The notes beneath the pieces are model-generated. The model made no database searches. It was not told the DNA's origin and saw only the letters and a list, made by a program, of their open reading frames with translations. The translations under genes and the position numbers were made by a program. A DNA stretch of 64,000 bases from assembly GCA_965223265.1 (NCBI GenBank), contig OZ244999.1:5856001-5920000 (forward strand), given 5' to 3'. Shown one piece after another: positions 1 through 9,962 of the stretch (the first letter of the stretch is position 1; every line of letters starts with the position of its first letter). The DNA comes from Planctomycetota bacterium. Lineage in GTDB: Bacteria > Planctomycetota > UBA8108 > SXIK01.

Positions 1-74
1 CAGCCTACCCAGCTCGTCTGCCCGTCGCACACTCTGACCGTCGCGTCTCGCGCGCGGGGCGCGACGCCGGCTTG

Positions 75-141
75 GCGACGCTCCAGCGACGCTCCAGCGA
101 CGAACTCAGAGACGAACTCAGCGACGAATTCAGCGACGATC
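75..141. repeat. Short imperfect 11-12-bp tandem repeat (CAGCGACGAACT-like, ~5 copies)
   Basis: gcgacgctcca gcgacgctcca gcgacgaactca gagacgaactca gcgacgaattca gcgacgatct read directly. Confidence 0.6.
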
Positions 142-300
142 TGATAGCGCCCGCCCGAAAAGTTCACGGCAGGCGCAGAGGATACAAAGCCCATCTCAGA
201 AGACGCACGCGCTTCCGAGATAGGAACTCTAACGTCAGTTCCGCCGCGCCGCAAAAAAACTTTCCGCGCGCGTCCGCGGAGGCGAATGACCACCAGATCG

Positions 301-3168
301 TCAACCTGTAATCCGCATCCCCGCAGCGATGCCGTGCACAGAAAGTCGCAAAACCTCTTTTAATTCGTCCTCATCCGCGCTCGAAATTCCTGCTGCTCGA
401 GCGCGTCGCAAGAGCTCTATCTGAATCAAGTTCAACGCATCCACATAGGTGTTGCGGTATTCGATCGATCGGAGCAACCAGGGAGTCGACTCCAAGAGCT
501 CATCACTCCCCCTCAGATGATGGAGTGAAGCTAACGTCCTCTCATAGTCGCTCAAAATCGACGACCAGATCACCTCGCGTATCTCGTCATCTTCAACCAG
601 CTCTGCGTACTTCCGAGCTACGCTGCGCTCCGCTTTGGCAAGAGCGAGCTCAGCATTCTCAAGAACCGAGCGAAAGAAAGGCCAAGCGTCATACATCTCG
701 CGAAGCGTCTTCTGATCGGCCTTGGAGAGGTTGCTCAACGCTGCGCCCAGACCGTAGATCGCCGTCAACATGTGCCGACTCTGCGTCCAGGCGAATGTGT
801 ACGGAATCGCTCGTAGGCCACTCAGGTCATTCGTCGCTCGTCGCCGACTTGGGCGTGAACCGATGCAGAGCTCTTCGATCGCCTGGATCGGCGTCGCGGT
901 GCGAAAGTAGGAGAGGAAAGCGTCACTTTCGAGCAGAGAACGATACGCATCGCGGGACCGGGCCGCGAGATCCTCCATGAGATCCGGCCACTCGCTCTTT
1001 GGCGGCGCCTCAGTGCCGCTGGCGCGGAGTACAAGCGCAGCCGAAATCACCTGCTCGAGATGACGCAGGGCAATCTGCGGATCATCGTAACGCTCAGCGA
1101 GAACCTCTCCTTGCTCGGTGATGCGCATGGTACCCGAGAACGAACGTGGTGGCAGGGACATGATGCTCCGCGCTGCCGGGCCGCCGCCGCGCCCCAGTGA
1201 ACCACCGCGCCCGTGAAAAAAAACGATGTCGACCTCATGCCGACGCGCGACAGCAGCGAGCGCTCGCTGTGCTTCGTAGAGCTTCCACGCGCCGGCCAAA
1301 TAGCCACCGTCCTTCGTGCTATCAGAGTACCCGATCATGCATGTCTGTGCAGAACCGCTGCGCTGTAGTTCGGCACGGTACGGCGGACATGACAGCAGCG
1401 CATCGAGCACACTGCCGCAGTTCGTTAGATCGATGATGGACTCGAAGAGCGGCGCAATGCGAAGCGGTGCTGCGTCTTCGCAGCTCGCCGTCACACGCTG
1501 AAGCCAGCGGACAGCGAAAACATCAGCGGCGCACGACGAACCACTGATAACAAAAAAGCCGACCGCGCCGTCGCCATACGCTCTCGTGCACTCTTCGAGG
1601 GTCTTCAGCAGATCGACGGTTGCTCGCGTCGCCGGGCTGACCGCGTCGAGCGCGCCCGGAGCGGGCGCCGCTGGACAGAGTAGAAACTCATCCCTCTCGT
1701 CTGACGCCAAGCCGGCGTAGTCAGTCTCGAGTTGAAGCGTCGCTGCTATTTCGGCGACGGCTTCATGGATCGCTTCGGCATGCTCTCGAACGTCGAGTCG
1801 GTAAAGGTGAAAACCAAAGACGCGGACGAGGTCGATCCAGCGCCGGATTTCCATCTCCTCCAAGTCGATATGCCCCGTGTTACGCAAGCTCTCAGCGACG
1901 ATCTCGAGATCCGCCTCGAGATCACGGGGATTGCGATACGACTCCGGCGGCGGCGAAGCGCCTGGTGACACGTTCGCCGTGGCTTCGAGGCGCGCGTGAA
2001 TCACCTGCAGCCAACGGCGGTAGATATCGTGGACGCTCCAGCGTTCTAGACAGCTTTGCAGTTGCGGCCAGCGCTCGGTGGCGCCGCGTAGCGTGTCGGT
2101 TAATCGCGGCGACGGGGTGTGACGACGCGTCGACAGTGTGAGGACGTTTAAGAGCCGCTCGCACTCGGCGAGGTGACGCTGCATCGCCTCCTGGCGCAGG
2201 AGCCAGAGGGTCTCGCGCGTCACCTCGGCATCGACGAAGGGATGGCCGTCACGATCGCCCCCGATCCACGAACCGAAGCGCAGGGGTCGTACGCGCTCGG
2301 CGGCTTCGTCACTCGGAGTGGCGCGCACCGAATCGCCAGCGGTAGGAGGCTCAAGCTCGGGAGCGTCAGCCACTGTAGCCGACGCACGCGCAGCGCGCAT
2401 CTGATGGCGAAAGGTCCGCGCAATCTTCGGCACGGTCTCCCAAAGCGTGTCGACGATCGCGATGCCGCGCCGCACTTCGTCGAGCACCGAGGGGCGCTCG
2501 TCCCGGAGCACATCGGTTTCCCAGAAGCGAGCGATGTCACCACGCAGGCGCGCCAGCAGCTCCGTCTTCTCGCGGGGAATCAAGCGCGGATCGTCCAGCT
2601 TGGCGACCGTTTCGCGCAGCCGCTTGAGCGTCAAACGCGCAGTTTGCCGCTTCGCCTCGGTTGGGTGGGCGGTAAAAACGAGCTCGATGTCAATGCTCTG
2701 CGCCAGAGACAGGATCTCGTCAGCGCCCAAGCCACGATCCCTGAGCGATACGAACGCAGCCTCAATCGATTCGCTGAGCGGCTGATCCGGCTGTGTTCGA
2801 CGCCGCTCGCGCAAGACGCGAATGCGGTGACGATCCTCGGCGAGATTCACCAGGTCGAGGAACGAACCAAGACACGAGATGAGTGACTTCAGCCCGTCAA
2901 CATCGAGGCCTTGAATGCGTGCCTCGAGTGCAGCCCCGGCGCTCGCATCGCCCTCGCGTCGAAGTCGAGAAAGACGGCGCACATCTTCGACGAGCTCAAA
3001 GACTTCTTCACCGCTGAAAGCGCGAATGACACTGCCCAGCTCACGGCCGAGCCAGCGGATCTCGTCGCGCAGGGGATCGGAGGGTTCGACCGCGACGGTG
3101 GTGGCACCGTCGGTTGGCTTAGCTGACTTCGCTCCTTGCTCGACCATGACTTCACTTGGCTTCGACAT
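301..3168 (-). CDS. ppc: Phosphoenolpyruvate carboxylase
   Basis: Motifs FTAHPTE, GSWIGGDRDG, MIGYSDSTKDGG, FHGRGGSLGRGGGP, LRAIPYTFAWTQ, C-terminal IAAGMRITG; ATG at 3168 preferred to the ORF-track start. Confidence 0.97.
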   Translation of the reverse strand: MSKPSEVMVEQGAKSAKPTDGATTVAVEPSDPLRDEIRWLGRELGSVIRAFSGEEVFELVEDVRRLSRLRREGDASAGAALEARIQGLDVDGLKSLISCLGSFLDLVNLAEDRHRIRVLRERRRTQPDQPLSESIEAAFVSLRDRGLGADEILSLAQSIDIELVFTAHPTEAKRQTARLTLKRLRETVAKLDDPRLIPREKTELLARLRGDIARFWETDVLRDERPSVLDEVRRGIAIVDTLWETVPKIARTFRHQMRAARASATVADAPELEPPTAGDSVRATPSDEAAERVRPLRFGSWIGGDRDGHPFVDAEVTRETLWLLRQEAMQRHLAECERLLNVLTLSTRRHTPSPRLTDTLRGATERWPQLQSCLERWSVHDIYRRWLQVIHARLEATANVSPGASPPPESYRNPRDLEADLEIVAESLRNTGHIDLEEMEIRRWIDLVRVFGFHLYRLDVREHAEAIHEAVAEIAATLQLETDYAGLASDERDEFLLCPAAPAPGALDAVSPATRATVDLLKTLEECTRAYGDGAVGFFVISGSSCAADVFAVRWLQRVTASCEDAAPLRIAPLFESIIDLTNCGSVLDALLSCPPYRAELQRSGSAQTCMIGYSDSTKDGGYLAGAWKLYEAQRALAAVARRHEVDIVFFHGRGGSLGRGGGPAARSIMSLPPRSFSGTMRITEQGEVLAERYDDPQIALRHLEQVISAALVLRASGTEAPPKSEWPDLMEDLAARSRDAYRSLLESDAFLSYFRTATPIQAIEELCIGSRPSRRRATNDLSGLRAIPYTFAWTQSRHMLTAIYGLGAALSNLSKADQKTLREMYDAWPFFRSVLENAELALAKAERSVARKYAELVEDDEIREVIWSSILSDYERTLASLHHLRGSDELLESTPWLLRSIEYRNTYVDALNLIQIELLRRARAAGISSADEDELKEVLRLSVHGIAAGMRITG

Positions 3169-3542
3169 CGTACCCTCGAACGCCCTTCGACCTCTGACAC
3201 GCCGACAGCGTAACGCCACGAACGTCGATGGGCGTCACGCCCGGGCGTGAGACGAGCTTAGCCAGTCGCCTGAGCGTTGGAAAGTCAGTTATCACCCAGG
3301 AGAGGCATCTTCATCGGGGTCGATGACACGGCTGTCGACGTTCATTCTATAGATGAGAGTAGAGGACACTCGACCGGACGGGAGGTCGATGACGCTGCGA
3401 CGGTGGGAGCGAGTCCAATCAAACAGTTCAGCATCGACCGCAGACTCATCCGGCGCGATTCGCCTTGACCAAGTAGATGGGTGTGCCTATCGTCAGTGGA
3501 AGAGCGTGCCACCGCCCGCGATCCAGTCCAGAGGCCCACGCC

Positions 3543-4499
3543 ATGAGACGGTCAGCATTCGTGCTCCCCCTGCTGTTGGCGGCACTCAGTACGCCTGCAG
3601 TCTACGGCCAAGCGGAAAATCCCTGCGCCGACGCCGACGTCGCGGTGATATTCCAAGAGCGTCCGCTCGTCTATTCGCCGGATCTCTTCGCTGGTATGCC
3701 GCCGCTTCGGGAGGGCTATCCGCCGACGAAGCTCGTGCTGAGCCCCGGTGAGAGAGATCTCTATGTGGCTCTGGTGTCGAACCTGTCGGAAGTCGGGATC
3801 CAGGGCTGGTTAGTGACGTTCGACGCGCTGGGCGACGTCGACGTTTTCGCGGCGCGCTGGGAAGGCGTCGCAGAAGTGCTCGAGTTCGCCGGCATTACGC
3901 CGCTCGGCGATGAAATCGGAGCCGGTCAGTTCGAGCAAGGGTTCACCGCTGCAGCGATTCTCTCCTTTGACGTGCTCGTGACGCTTCAGCCCGTCGGCAC
4001 ATTCACGACGCTAGCGTTCACCGTGCGGGGTGAAGCTGGTGCGAGTGCGGATTTCGTTTGGTTATCCGATCAAAACCGACCACCCGATGCGACGCAGGCC
4101 TCGTCACCCAAAGGCGGCACAGGCGGTACGGCACCGTACAACCCCAGCATCGCCACAATTCAGGGTCGCTCACACAGGATGTGCGAACTGTCGATGCAAG
4201 TCATCTTCGACAATGCAGCAGCCAGCGATTTCGTTCGCTGCGAAGCGAATGGCGACGGAAGTCTCGACATCGCTGATGGCATCTTCATCTTGAACGACCT
4301 CTTCACCGACGTCGACGCCCCCTGCCCGGCGGCGACCGACTGCAACGACGACGGCAGCCGCGACATCTCCGACGCGATCTATGCGTTCACTTTCCTCTTC
4401 GTCGATGGCTCGCCGCCCCCGGCACCGTACCCAGAATGCGGAGGTTCGACCAAAATCGAGGCTGTCGACTGCCCTGTCCTGTCGACGTCGTGCCCGTAA
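3543..4499 (+). CDS. Secreted protein with C-terminal dockerin-like (double EF-hand) domain
   Basis: Signal peptide MRRSAFVLPLLLAALSTPAVYG; C-terminal FVRCEANGDGSLDIADGIFILNDLF...DCNDDGSRDISDAIYAFTFLF..PPPAPYPECG. Confidence 0.8.
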   Translation: MRRSAFVLPLLLAALSTPAVYGQAENPCADADVAVIFQERPLVYSPDLFAGMPPLREGYPPTKLVLSPGERDLYVALVSNLSEVGIQGWLVTFDALGDVDVFAARWEGVAEVLEFAGITPLGDEIGAGQFEQGFTAAAILSFDVLVTLQPVGTFTTLAFTVRGEAGASADFVWLSDQNRPPDATQASSPKGGTGGTAPYNPSIATIQGRSHRMCELSMQVIFDNAAASDFVRCEANGDGSLDIADGIFILNDLFTDVDAPCPAATDCNDDGSRDISDAIYAFTFLFVDGSPPPAPYPECGGSTKIEAVDCPVLSTSCP

Positions 4500-4547
4500 C
4501 AGCCCAGCTCTATGTCGCACATCGATCCGATTGACAGAGAAAGGACC

Positions 4548-5525
4548 ATGGGGATACGCCCTCACACGAGAGCATTTCACGTTCTTTTTGTAGTTGGCAT
4601 GTCATGCAGCGCAGCGTCTCGACCCCTCAGCGCTCAGATCGCCGATTGCTGCAGCGCCGAGTATCGACTCGGATTCTCCGCCGAGCCGATCGCCAGCATC
4701 GAGCCGGGCGAAGGGATCCTCGAAAGCGCCGAAGGTTGCGTCGGTCAAGGCGCCGTTGTCACTGTGGTTGGCCCAGTCAAGATGTACGTCAACTTCGTCT
4801 CGCAAGCGGAAGTCGGACTGCACTCATGGCAGCTCAACGTAGGCGCCTTCGGCGACCTTGAGATCATCGATGCAACACTCGAGGGCACGAGCTCGATGTC
4901 GTCGCCCGAGCCGGCATTCAAGTGGCTCGAACTCGTCAATCCGCCCGACTTCCTCGTCGGCCCCAGTGCTGTGTTTGCCGCCGTGGCGTTTTGCGTCGGG
5001 TGTCCGACGCTTGACCCGGTCGGCACTGAGTCGGTTCTGGCGTTCACAGTCGACGGAAAGGAATCGGCTGGAGAGGTAGCGATCGGCGAGCTCAAGACTC
5101 TCAACGACATTTGTAGCCTGCCGTCGTACGACTGTGCGACAAACATAGAGACGCGAACGAAAGCGTTCACGCCGGGGCGAGCTGTCGGCATCTGCAATAA
5201 AGACCGAGTCACTTTGGACCTCACGCTCACGAAAGACGATTCAGTCGCCAGCGATTTCGTGCGCTGCGAGGCCAACGGCGATGGCGACCTCGATATCGCA
5301 GACGGCATCTTCATCTTGAACGACCTCTTCACCAACGTCGATGCACCATGCCCTGCTGCGACCGATTGCAACGCCGATGGCAGCCGCGACATCTCCGATG
5401 CGATCTACGCTTTCACTTTTCTCTTCGTCGATGGACCAGCACCGCCCTCACCCTATCCGGAGTGTGGCGGCAGCGCGCTCGTGCGAGCGGAAGACTGCCC
5501 GCCACTCTCGACGTTGTGTCCGTGA
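4548..5525 (+). CDS. Secreted paralog with near-identical dockerin-like domain
   Basis: AAGGA RBS before ATG 4548 (alternative start 4512); signal-like N-terminus; C-terminal domain nearly identical to that of the upstream gene. Confidence 0.8.
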   Translation: MGIRPHTRAFHVLFVVGMSCSAASRPLSAQIADCCSAEYRLGFSAEPIASIEPGEGILESAEGCVGQGAVVTVVGPVKMYVNFVSQAEVGLHSWQLNVGAFGDLEIIDATLEGTSSMSSPEPAFKWLELVNPPDFLVGPSAVFAAVAFCVGCPTLDPVGTESVLAFTVDGKESAGEVAIGELKTLNDICSLPSYDCATNIETRTKAFTPGRAVGICNKDRVTLDLTLTKDDSVASDFVRCEANGDGDLDIADGIFILNDLFTNVDAPCPAATDCNADGSRDISDAIYAFTFLFVDGPAPPSPYPECGGSALVRAEDCPPLSTLCP

Positions 5526-5577
5526 CACCCGCGACGGGAGGTGAACAGATCGGTTTGCGGCACCTCGCCAACATGCA

Positions 5578-6645
5578 TCAGGTCAAGATCGCAACATTTT
5601 CCCCCGCGAAGATGCGCGTTTGCGCCCGAATGCCGATCACGAACGCGGCCTCAGGACTGACGATTTCCTCGACGACTCGCCCCTCGAGGTCGCGGATGAA
5701 CGCCAGCAACTGACCGGCGGGTACGCGATCCCCCGGCCGCACCTGCGGCCAGATGAGACCGGACTGCGTCGCGTTGAGCGCCTTGTCGACATTGCCCGCA
5801 CCCGAGACCTCCACAGGCTCGTAAGGCTGCGGCAGGCCCGCCAGCGGCAGCGCCGCGATCTCAAGAAACTCGAGCAGGTTCGCGAGACCGCGCGTGTAGC
5901 AGTCCACGTCCTCGGGGCGCGCGTGGCCGCCGCCGTGTGCTTCCGTATAGAGCGACGGTATACCGAGATCGTTCGTCGCACTCAGGGTTCTGCCGCGCGC
6001 CTCGGGGTCGTAGGGATGTTCCCAAATGACTGGCGCACCGAAGCACTTTGCGGCCGCACGGGCGGTGTCAGCCTGCTTGCCGACCTCACAAAACCCGCAG
6101 AGCGTCACCCAGTGGGCGACACGTCCTGAGCTGTGTAGATCGATATAGAGATCGGCGTGGCGCAACACGCGATCGAGAAGTCGCGCAGCCAGTCGTTCGC
6201 TGGGGCTTCCTTTCGCCGAACCGGGGAAGACACGCGCCATGTTGCGACCGTCCACCGGATTGACTCGCGTTGCGGTCCAAAACGCCGGCAGCGTCACCGC
6301 CGGAACGGCCACGAACGTCCCCTGCATCGCAGCTGGATCGAGCGCGGCGAACACCCTGTGAATCGCCTCCATGCCCTCGTACTCGTCGCCATGAATGCCC
6401 GCCGTCGCCACCAGCGTCTTGCCGGGCCGAGCGCCACGCGCCGCGAGCACCGGAGTTGAAAGCGTTCCCTGGTCGCAGTGTCCTTCAATCTGGCGTTGAA
6501 TCACATCGCCGCTAGCGAGGTCGCCGGCGACGAGCTTGACCGTTTCGACGATGTTCCCGTCTGCTGCCCCCTCAACTGACATTCGATAGACGCCCTTCGC
6601 AGCTTGGGGTAGTCCGTCAATGTCGAACTCAGGGCGCACGCTCAT
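5578..6645 (-). CDS. Succinylglutamate desuccinylase/aspartoacylase (M14-like) family protein
   Basis: AGIHGDEYEG, NMARVFPG, IDLHS, TEAHGG, C-terminal biotinyl-like hairpin; GGAGGT RBS before ATG 6645. Confidence 0.9.
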   Translation of the reverse strand: MSVRPEFDIDGLPQAAKGVYRMSVEGAADGNIVETVKLVAGDLASGDVIQRQIEGHCDQGTLSTPVLAARGARPGKTLVATAGIHGDEYEGMEAIHRVFAALDPAAMQGTFVAVPAVTLPAFWTATRVNPVDGRNMARVFPGSAKGSPSERLAARLLDRVLRHADLYIDLHSSGRVAHWVTLCGFCEVGKQADTARAAAKCFGAPVIWEHPYDPEARGRTLSATNDLGIPSLYTEAHGGGHARPEDVDCYTRGLANLLEFLEIAALPLAGLPQPYEPVEVSGAGNVDKALNATQSGLIWPQVRPGDRVPAGQLLAFIRDLEGRVVEEIVSPEAAFVIGIRAQTRIFAGENVAILT

Positions 6646-6813
6646 GATCACCTCCGCTGATGCGATGGGACGAAATCCATGACTCGACGGCGTCGCCACA
6701 CGAAGGCACGACGCACGAGACAAAAATCCTCGCCCAAGCAGCAGCGGGCGTCAATCGTCCGCAAGGGGGTAACGCGTCGGGGCAAAATTACAAGGGAATC
6801 ACCCGCTTGGCGC

Positions 6814-7032
6814 TCACGCCTCTTCACGCGGCGCATGCCGTCCCGAGCTGGCGACCTGCGGCAGTACCGCCCATCGCTCACGCTCGCTGTCATACACTCC
6901 GCCGCATCGCCTGGCACATTGTGCGCAAACCACCGTAGAGGCCGACGGATAGTAGTTGCGAACATCCTCTGCGTCGATGTCTTCACCACAAAGGAGACAC
7001 ACGTCACTGGCGTTCGCCTCGCTCTCTCTCAT
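6814..7032 (-). CDS. Small putative Zn-binding protein (CxxC...CxxC)
   Basis: CLLC and CAQC pairs in 72 aa; GGGAG upstream. Confidence 0.55.
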   Translation of the reverse strand: MRESEANASDVCLLCGEDIDAEDVRNYYPSASTVVCAQCARRCGGVYDSERERWAVLPQVASSGRHAPREEA

Positions 7033-7078
7033 TTCTCGTTCTCCCTGAGTTGCGATTGGAAACGTGTCAAATGCCGTT

Positions 7079-7408
7079 CTATGAAGTAGAAGCGGTGTCG
7101 GTGCGCGCTGTCGGCTCCGTCACATGGTCGTAGTTCTTCAGCACGATCTCTTTGAACTTAGAGACGCGTTCGTCCGCCCTAGTCGAAGCATTGCTGGCAA
7201 GTTCTTGATACATAGCATCAATCTCCTGCGCCGCGGTCTCCGCCCAACGCGTAGAACGCTCAAAGAAGTGGCATCCGAACGATTCGTGCGGCGAAAAGGA
7301 TGCGTTCGAATCAACGACGAAGAGCTCGACGTCAGGTTGCTCGCAGACGCCGAATTCCCGCTTCTTCAGACCTTGCTTCCACCAACGACAGTGACGGCAG
7401 ATGTTCAT
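7079..7408 (-). CDS. Small Cys-rich hypothetical protein (CxxCxWW...GxC...FGCxFF)
   Basis: Four spaced Cys in the N-terminal 50 aa; GGAG RBS upstream of ATG. Confidence 0.6.
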   Translation of the reverse strand: MNICRHCRWWKQGLKKREFGVCEQPDVELFVVDSNASFSPHESFGCHFFERSTRWAETAAQEIDAMYQELASNASTRADERVSKFKEIVLKNYDHVTEPTARTDTASTS

Positions 7409-7636
7409 GGACGCTCCACCAGCATGACCCCAAGGGCCGGCATCACCTCGCGCGATGCATCATCCAGGAAACATGCAAACGTCTGGCCACGGCGTCACGT
7501 GTAGAGCAGCCTCTGCAGTCGTCTGGGCTCGAATCGACCCCTCGCTACTCCCCAAGCTCGACACGAAATTTCTCGCTCGAGGGGCATCTTTTCGCGCCTC
7601 GTGTTCGATCCAGCTGTCCGAGACGAGCGACTTGAC

Positions 7637-8626
7637 TCACGCCGTCGGGTCCAGCACTGCGGTGCCCATCAAGTCGCCGCGGCGGAGACGTTCCAGAGCT
7701 TCTCGGCCCTGCGCCAACGGAAAAACCGACACCGCGCCGCGCAGCCGGATCTCCGCCGCCAAGCGGAGAAAATCCTCGCCGTCGCGGCGCGTCAGGTTGG
7801 CGACCGAGCAGAGCGTCCGTTCGCGCCACAGGTCGGCATAGGGAAACGCTGGAATATCGCTCATGTGGATTCCACCACAGACGACGCGCCCGCCAGGCTC
7901 GACGGCACGCAGCGCCACCGGTACGAGCTCCCCGACCGGCGCAAAGATGATCGCCGCGTCGAGAGCTGTCGGCGGCGACGCGGTCGAGTCGCCCGCCCAG
8001 GTGCAGCCAAGCCTGAGCGCCTCCTTCTGCGCACCCGTGTCGCCCGGCCTCGTGAAGGCGTACACCTCGCGCCCTTGGTGTCGAGCGACCTGGGCCAGAA
8101 GTCGACCTGCGGACCCGAAGCCGTAGATACCCAGCCGCTGCGCGTCGCCAGCTTTCACGAGCGATCGATAACCGATCAGTCCGGCGCACATGAGCGGCGC
8201 GGTCTCAAAGGGCGAGAGCTCGGCGGCAAGCGGAAAAGCGTAGCGCTCGTCGGCGACCGTGTACTCGGCAAAGCCACCATCGAGGGTGTAGCCGGTGAAG
8301 CCCGGCGACGTGCACAGGTTTTCACTGCCGCGCGCGCAAAACCGGCAGTGTCCGCACGTCGATCCGAGCCACGGGACGCCGACCCGTTGCCCGAGAGCGA
8401 AACGTGACGCACCGTCACCGGCCGCCTCGACGACGCCGACAATCTCGTGGCCAAGAACCAGCGGCAACTTCGGCTCGGCGAGGTCTCCATCGAAGACGTG
8501 AAGATCGGTGCGGCAGACGGCACAGGCTTCGACACGCAGCAGAACCTGGCTGCGGCCAGGCGATGGTGTGGGAATCTCCTGGATCTCAAGAGGCCCCCCG
8601 ATCTGCTGCAGCACGAGAGCTCGCAT
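7637..8626 (-). CDS. Zinc-dependent alcohol dehydrogenase (AdhP/AdhA-like)
   Basis: VCRTDLH, GHEIVG, CGHCRFC...C structural Zn site, GIYGFGSAG Rossmann motif. Confidence 0.95.
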   Translation of the reverse strand: MRALVLQQIGGPLEIQEIPTPSPGRSQVLLRVEACAVCRTDLHVFDGDLAEPKLPLVLGHEIVGVVEAAGDGASRFALGQRVGVPWLGSTCGHCRFCARGSENLCTSPGFTGYTLDGGFAEYTVADERYAFPLAAELSPFETAPLMCAGLIGYRSLVKAGDAQRLGIYGFGSAGRLLAQVARHQGREVYAFTRPGDTGAQKEALRLGCTWAGDSTASPPTALDAAIIFAPVGELVPVALRAVEPGGRVVCGGIHMSDIPAFPYADLWRERTLCSVANLTRRDGEDFLRLAAEIRLRGAVSVFPLAQGREALERLRRGDLMGTAVLDPTA

Positions 8627-8805
8627 GCATGCATCCGACTCACTGTTGGCGGTGTCGTCAAGAAGAACGTATCCATCGTGCCTAACGCTAAAGACGACGG
8701 ACGTCGAAGCTGCAGCCAGCGACGATCGCCAAATTTGACGTGAACGCCGAGACTCACCTAACGAAGACGTTGAGAGCCACGCCGGAGCCTTGCGCCGAAC
8801 GCCGT

Positions 8806-9885
8806 TCATTCAACGGCCGGAGGCGTGATCGATCGCTTCGGACCACGCCGAAACGACTTTAACCGCGTCTGCCATCGCATGAATCCGAAGCGTGCGGCAC
8901 CTGCCTTGTAGTCGTTCTGTACAACAGCGCTCGTCGCCTCAAGAACAACCCCCGTCCTGGCATCGAAGACGATCACCTCGCGAAGACGTCGTCCGCTAGC
9001 GTCCGGTTTCGTGGAACCTGCAGCACGCACGCGGACTCGGCCACGCGTGGCCTTCACCTCAAGAATGTCGTACGTCACGCCGTCGACGGCGAAGTTCGCC
9101 CCTCGTCGAACTCGTGAGAGATCACGCGACGCCGGCACCGACACGACGCGTGCCAACGCGTCTTGAAAAAACCTCTCGATTCTCGGTCGCAGATCCTTCG
9201 GGTAACGCGCGGGCAGCGCGCGGTCGAGAAGTGTCGCGAGGTCCACGAAAGCAGGCTGCCCCGTCGAGGAGTCCAGGCTGATGCGAATCTCCACGTCGTT
9301 CAGGAGTACAACGGCCGCCCCGAGGAGCTGCTCCTCGAGCATTTCACGTTCGAGCTCATCGCGCAGGGAAGGACTCCAGGCGCTACTGGTCGACTCGATG
9401 ATTGCCTCGGCTCGGACGCGAGAACCCCTCTTCGCACCCGAGATCGTCCAGTCTCGACCGCGATCGTCGAAGTAGCGCACGCGGCTGACGGCCGGGACGA
9501 TCGTGAGCGTGCGGTCCGTGTTGGCCTCGCAGCGCAGGTTCATGTCGACGAAGAGTGGATCTTCGGCTCGCGGGACCGGCTGCATGGCTGGCTCAGTCGC
9601 CGTTGTTTCGCTTGGACCTTTTCGCAACTTCGTGCCGCTGGGGCTCTTTCGAAACGCTGCGAGCTCGGCGGGAGTCAGCGGCGCTCCGGGCCAAGATCGT
9701 CCGTCGACGTGGACACTCGCGACTTCCCAGGCGTTCGAGTACTTGAGATCGACGGTGAAACGGTCTCCCGGCCGCAGCGTAGGTCGCACGGGCGCCGCGC
9801 GCGACGTCTCCTCGGCGAGAACCGCGACTCCTGGAACAACAGAAACCCAAAGCATTTGCCCGAGCAAGACCATGGTAATCCGCAT
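8806..9885 (-). CDS. Secreted hypothetical protein
   Basis: GGAGGT RBS before ATG 9885; hydrophobic signal ending VLA-EE; no motif recognised. Confidence 0.6.
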   Translation of the reverse strand: MRITMVLLGQMLWVSVVPGVAVLAEETSRAAPVRPTLRPGDRFTVDLKYSNAWEVASVHVDGRSWPGAPLTPAELAAFRKSPSGTKLRKGPSETTATEPAMQPVPRAEDPLFVDMNLRCEANTDRTLTIVPAVSRVRYFDDRGRDWTISGAKRGSRVRAEAIIESTSSAWSPSLRDELEREMLEEQLLGAAVVLLNDVEIRISLDSSTGQPAFVDLATLLDRALPARYPKDLRPRIERFFQDALARVVSVPASRDLSRVRRGANFAVDGVTYDILEVKATRGRVRVRAAGSTKPDASGRRLREVIVFDARTGVVLEATSAVVQNDYKAGAARFGFMRWQTRLKSFRRGPKRSITPPAVE

Positions 9886-9962
9886 GGTTGACCTCCGGAG
9901 GCGGGCCCTGGTCTCTCCGCTTTTCGATGAGAGATACGCATGGCGTGCCTGGATCATTCAAA

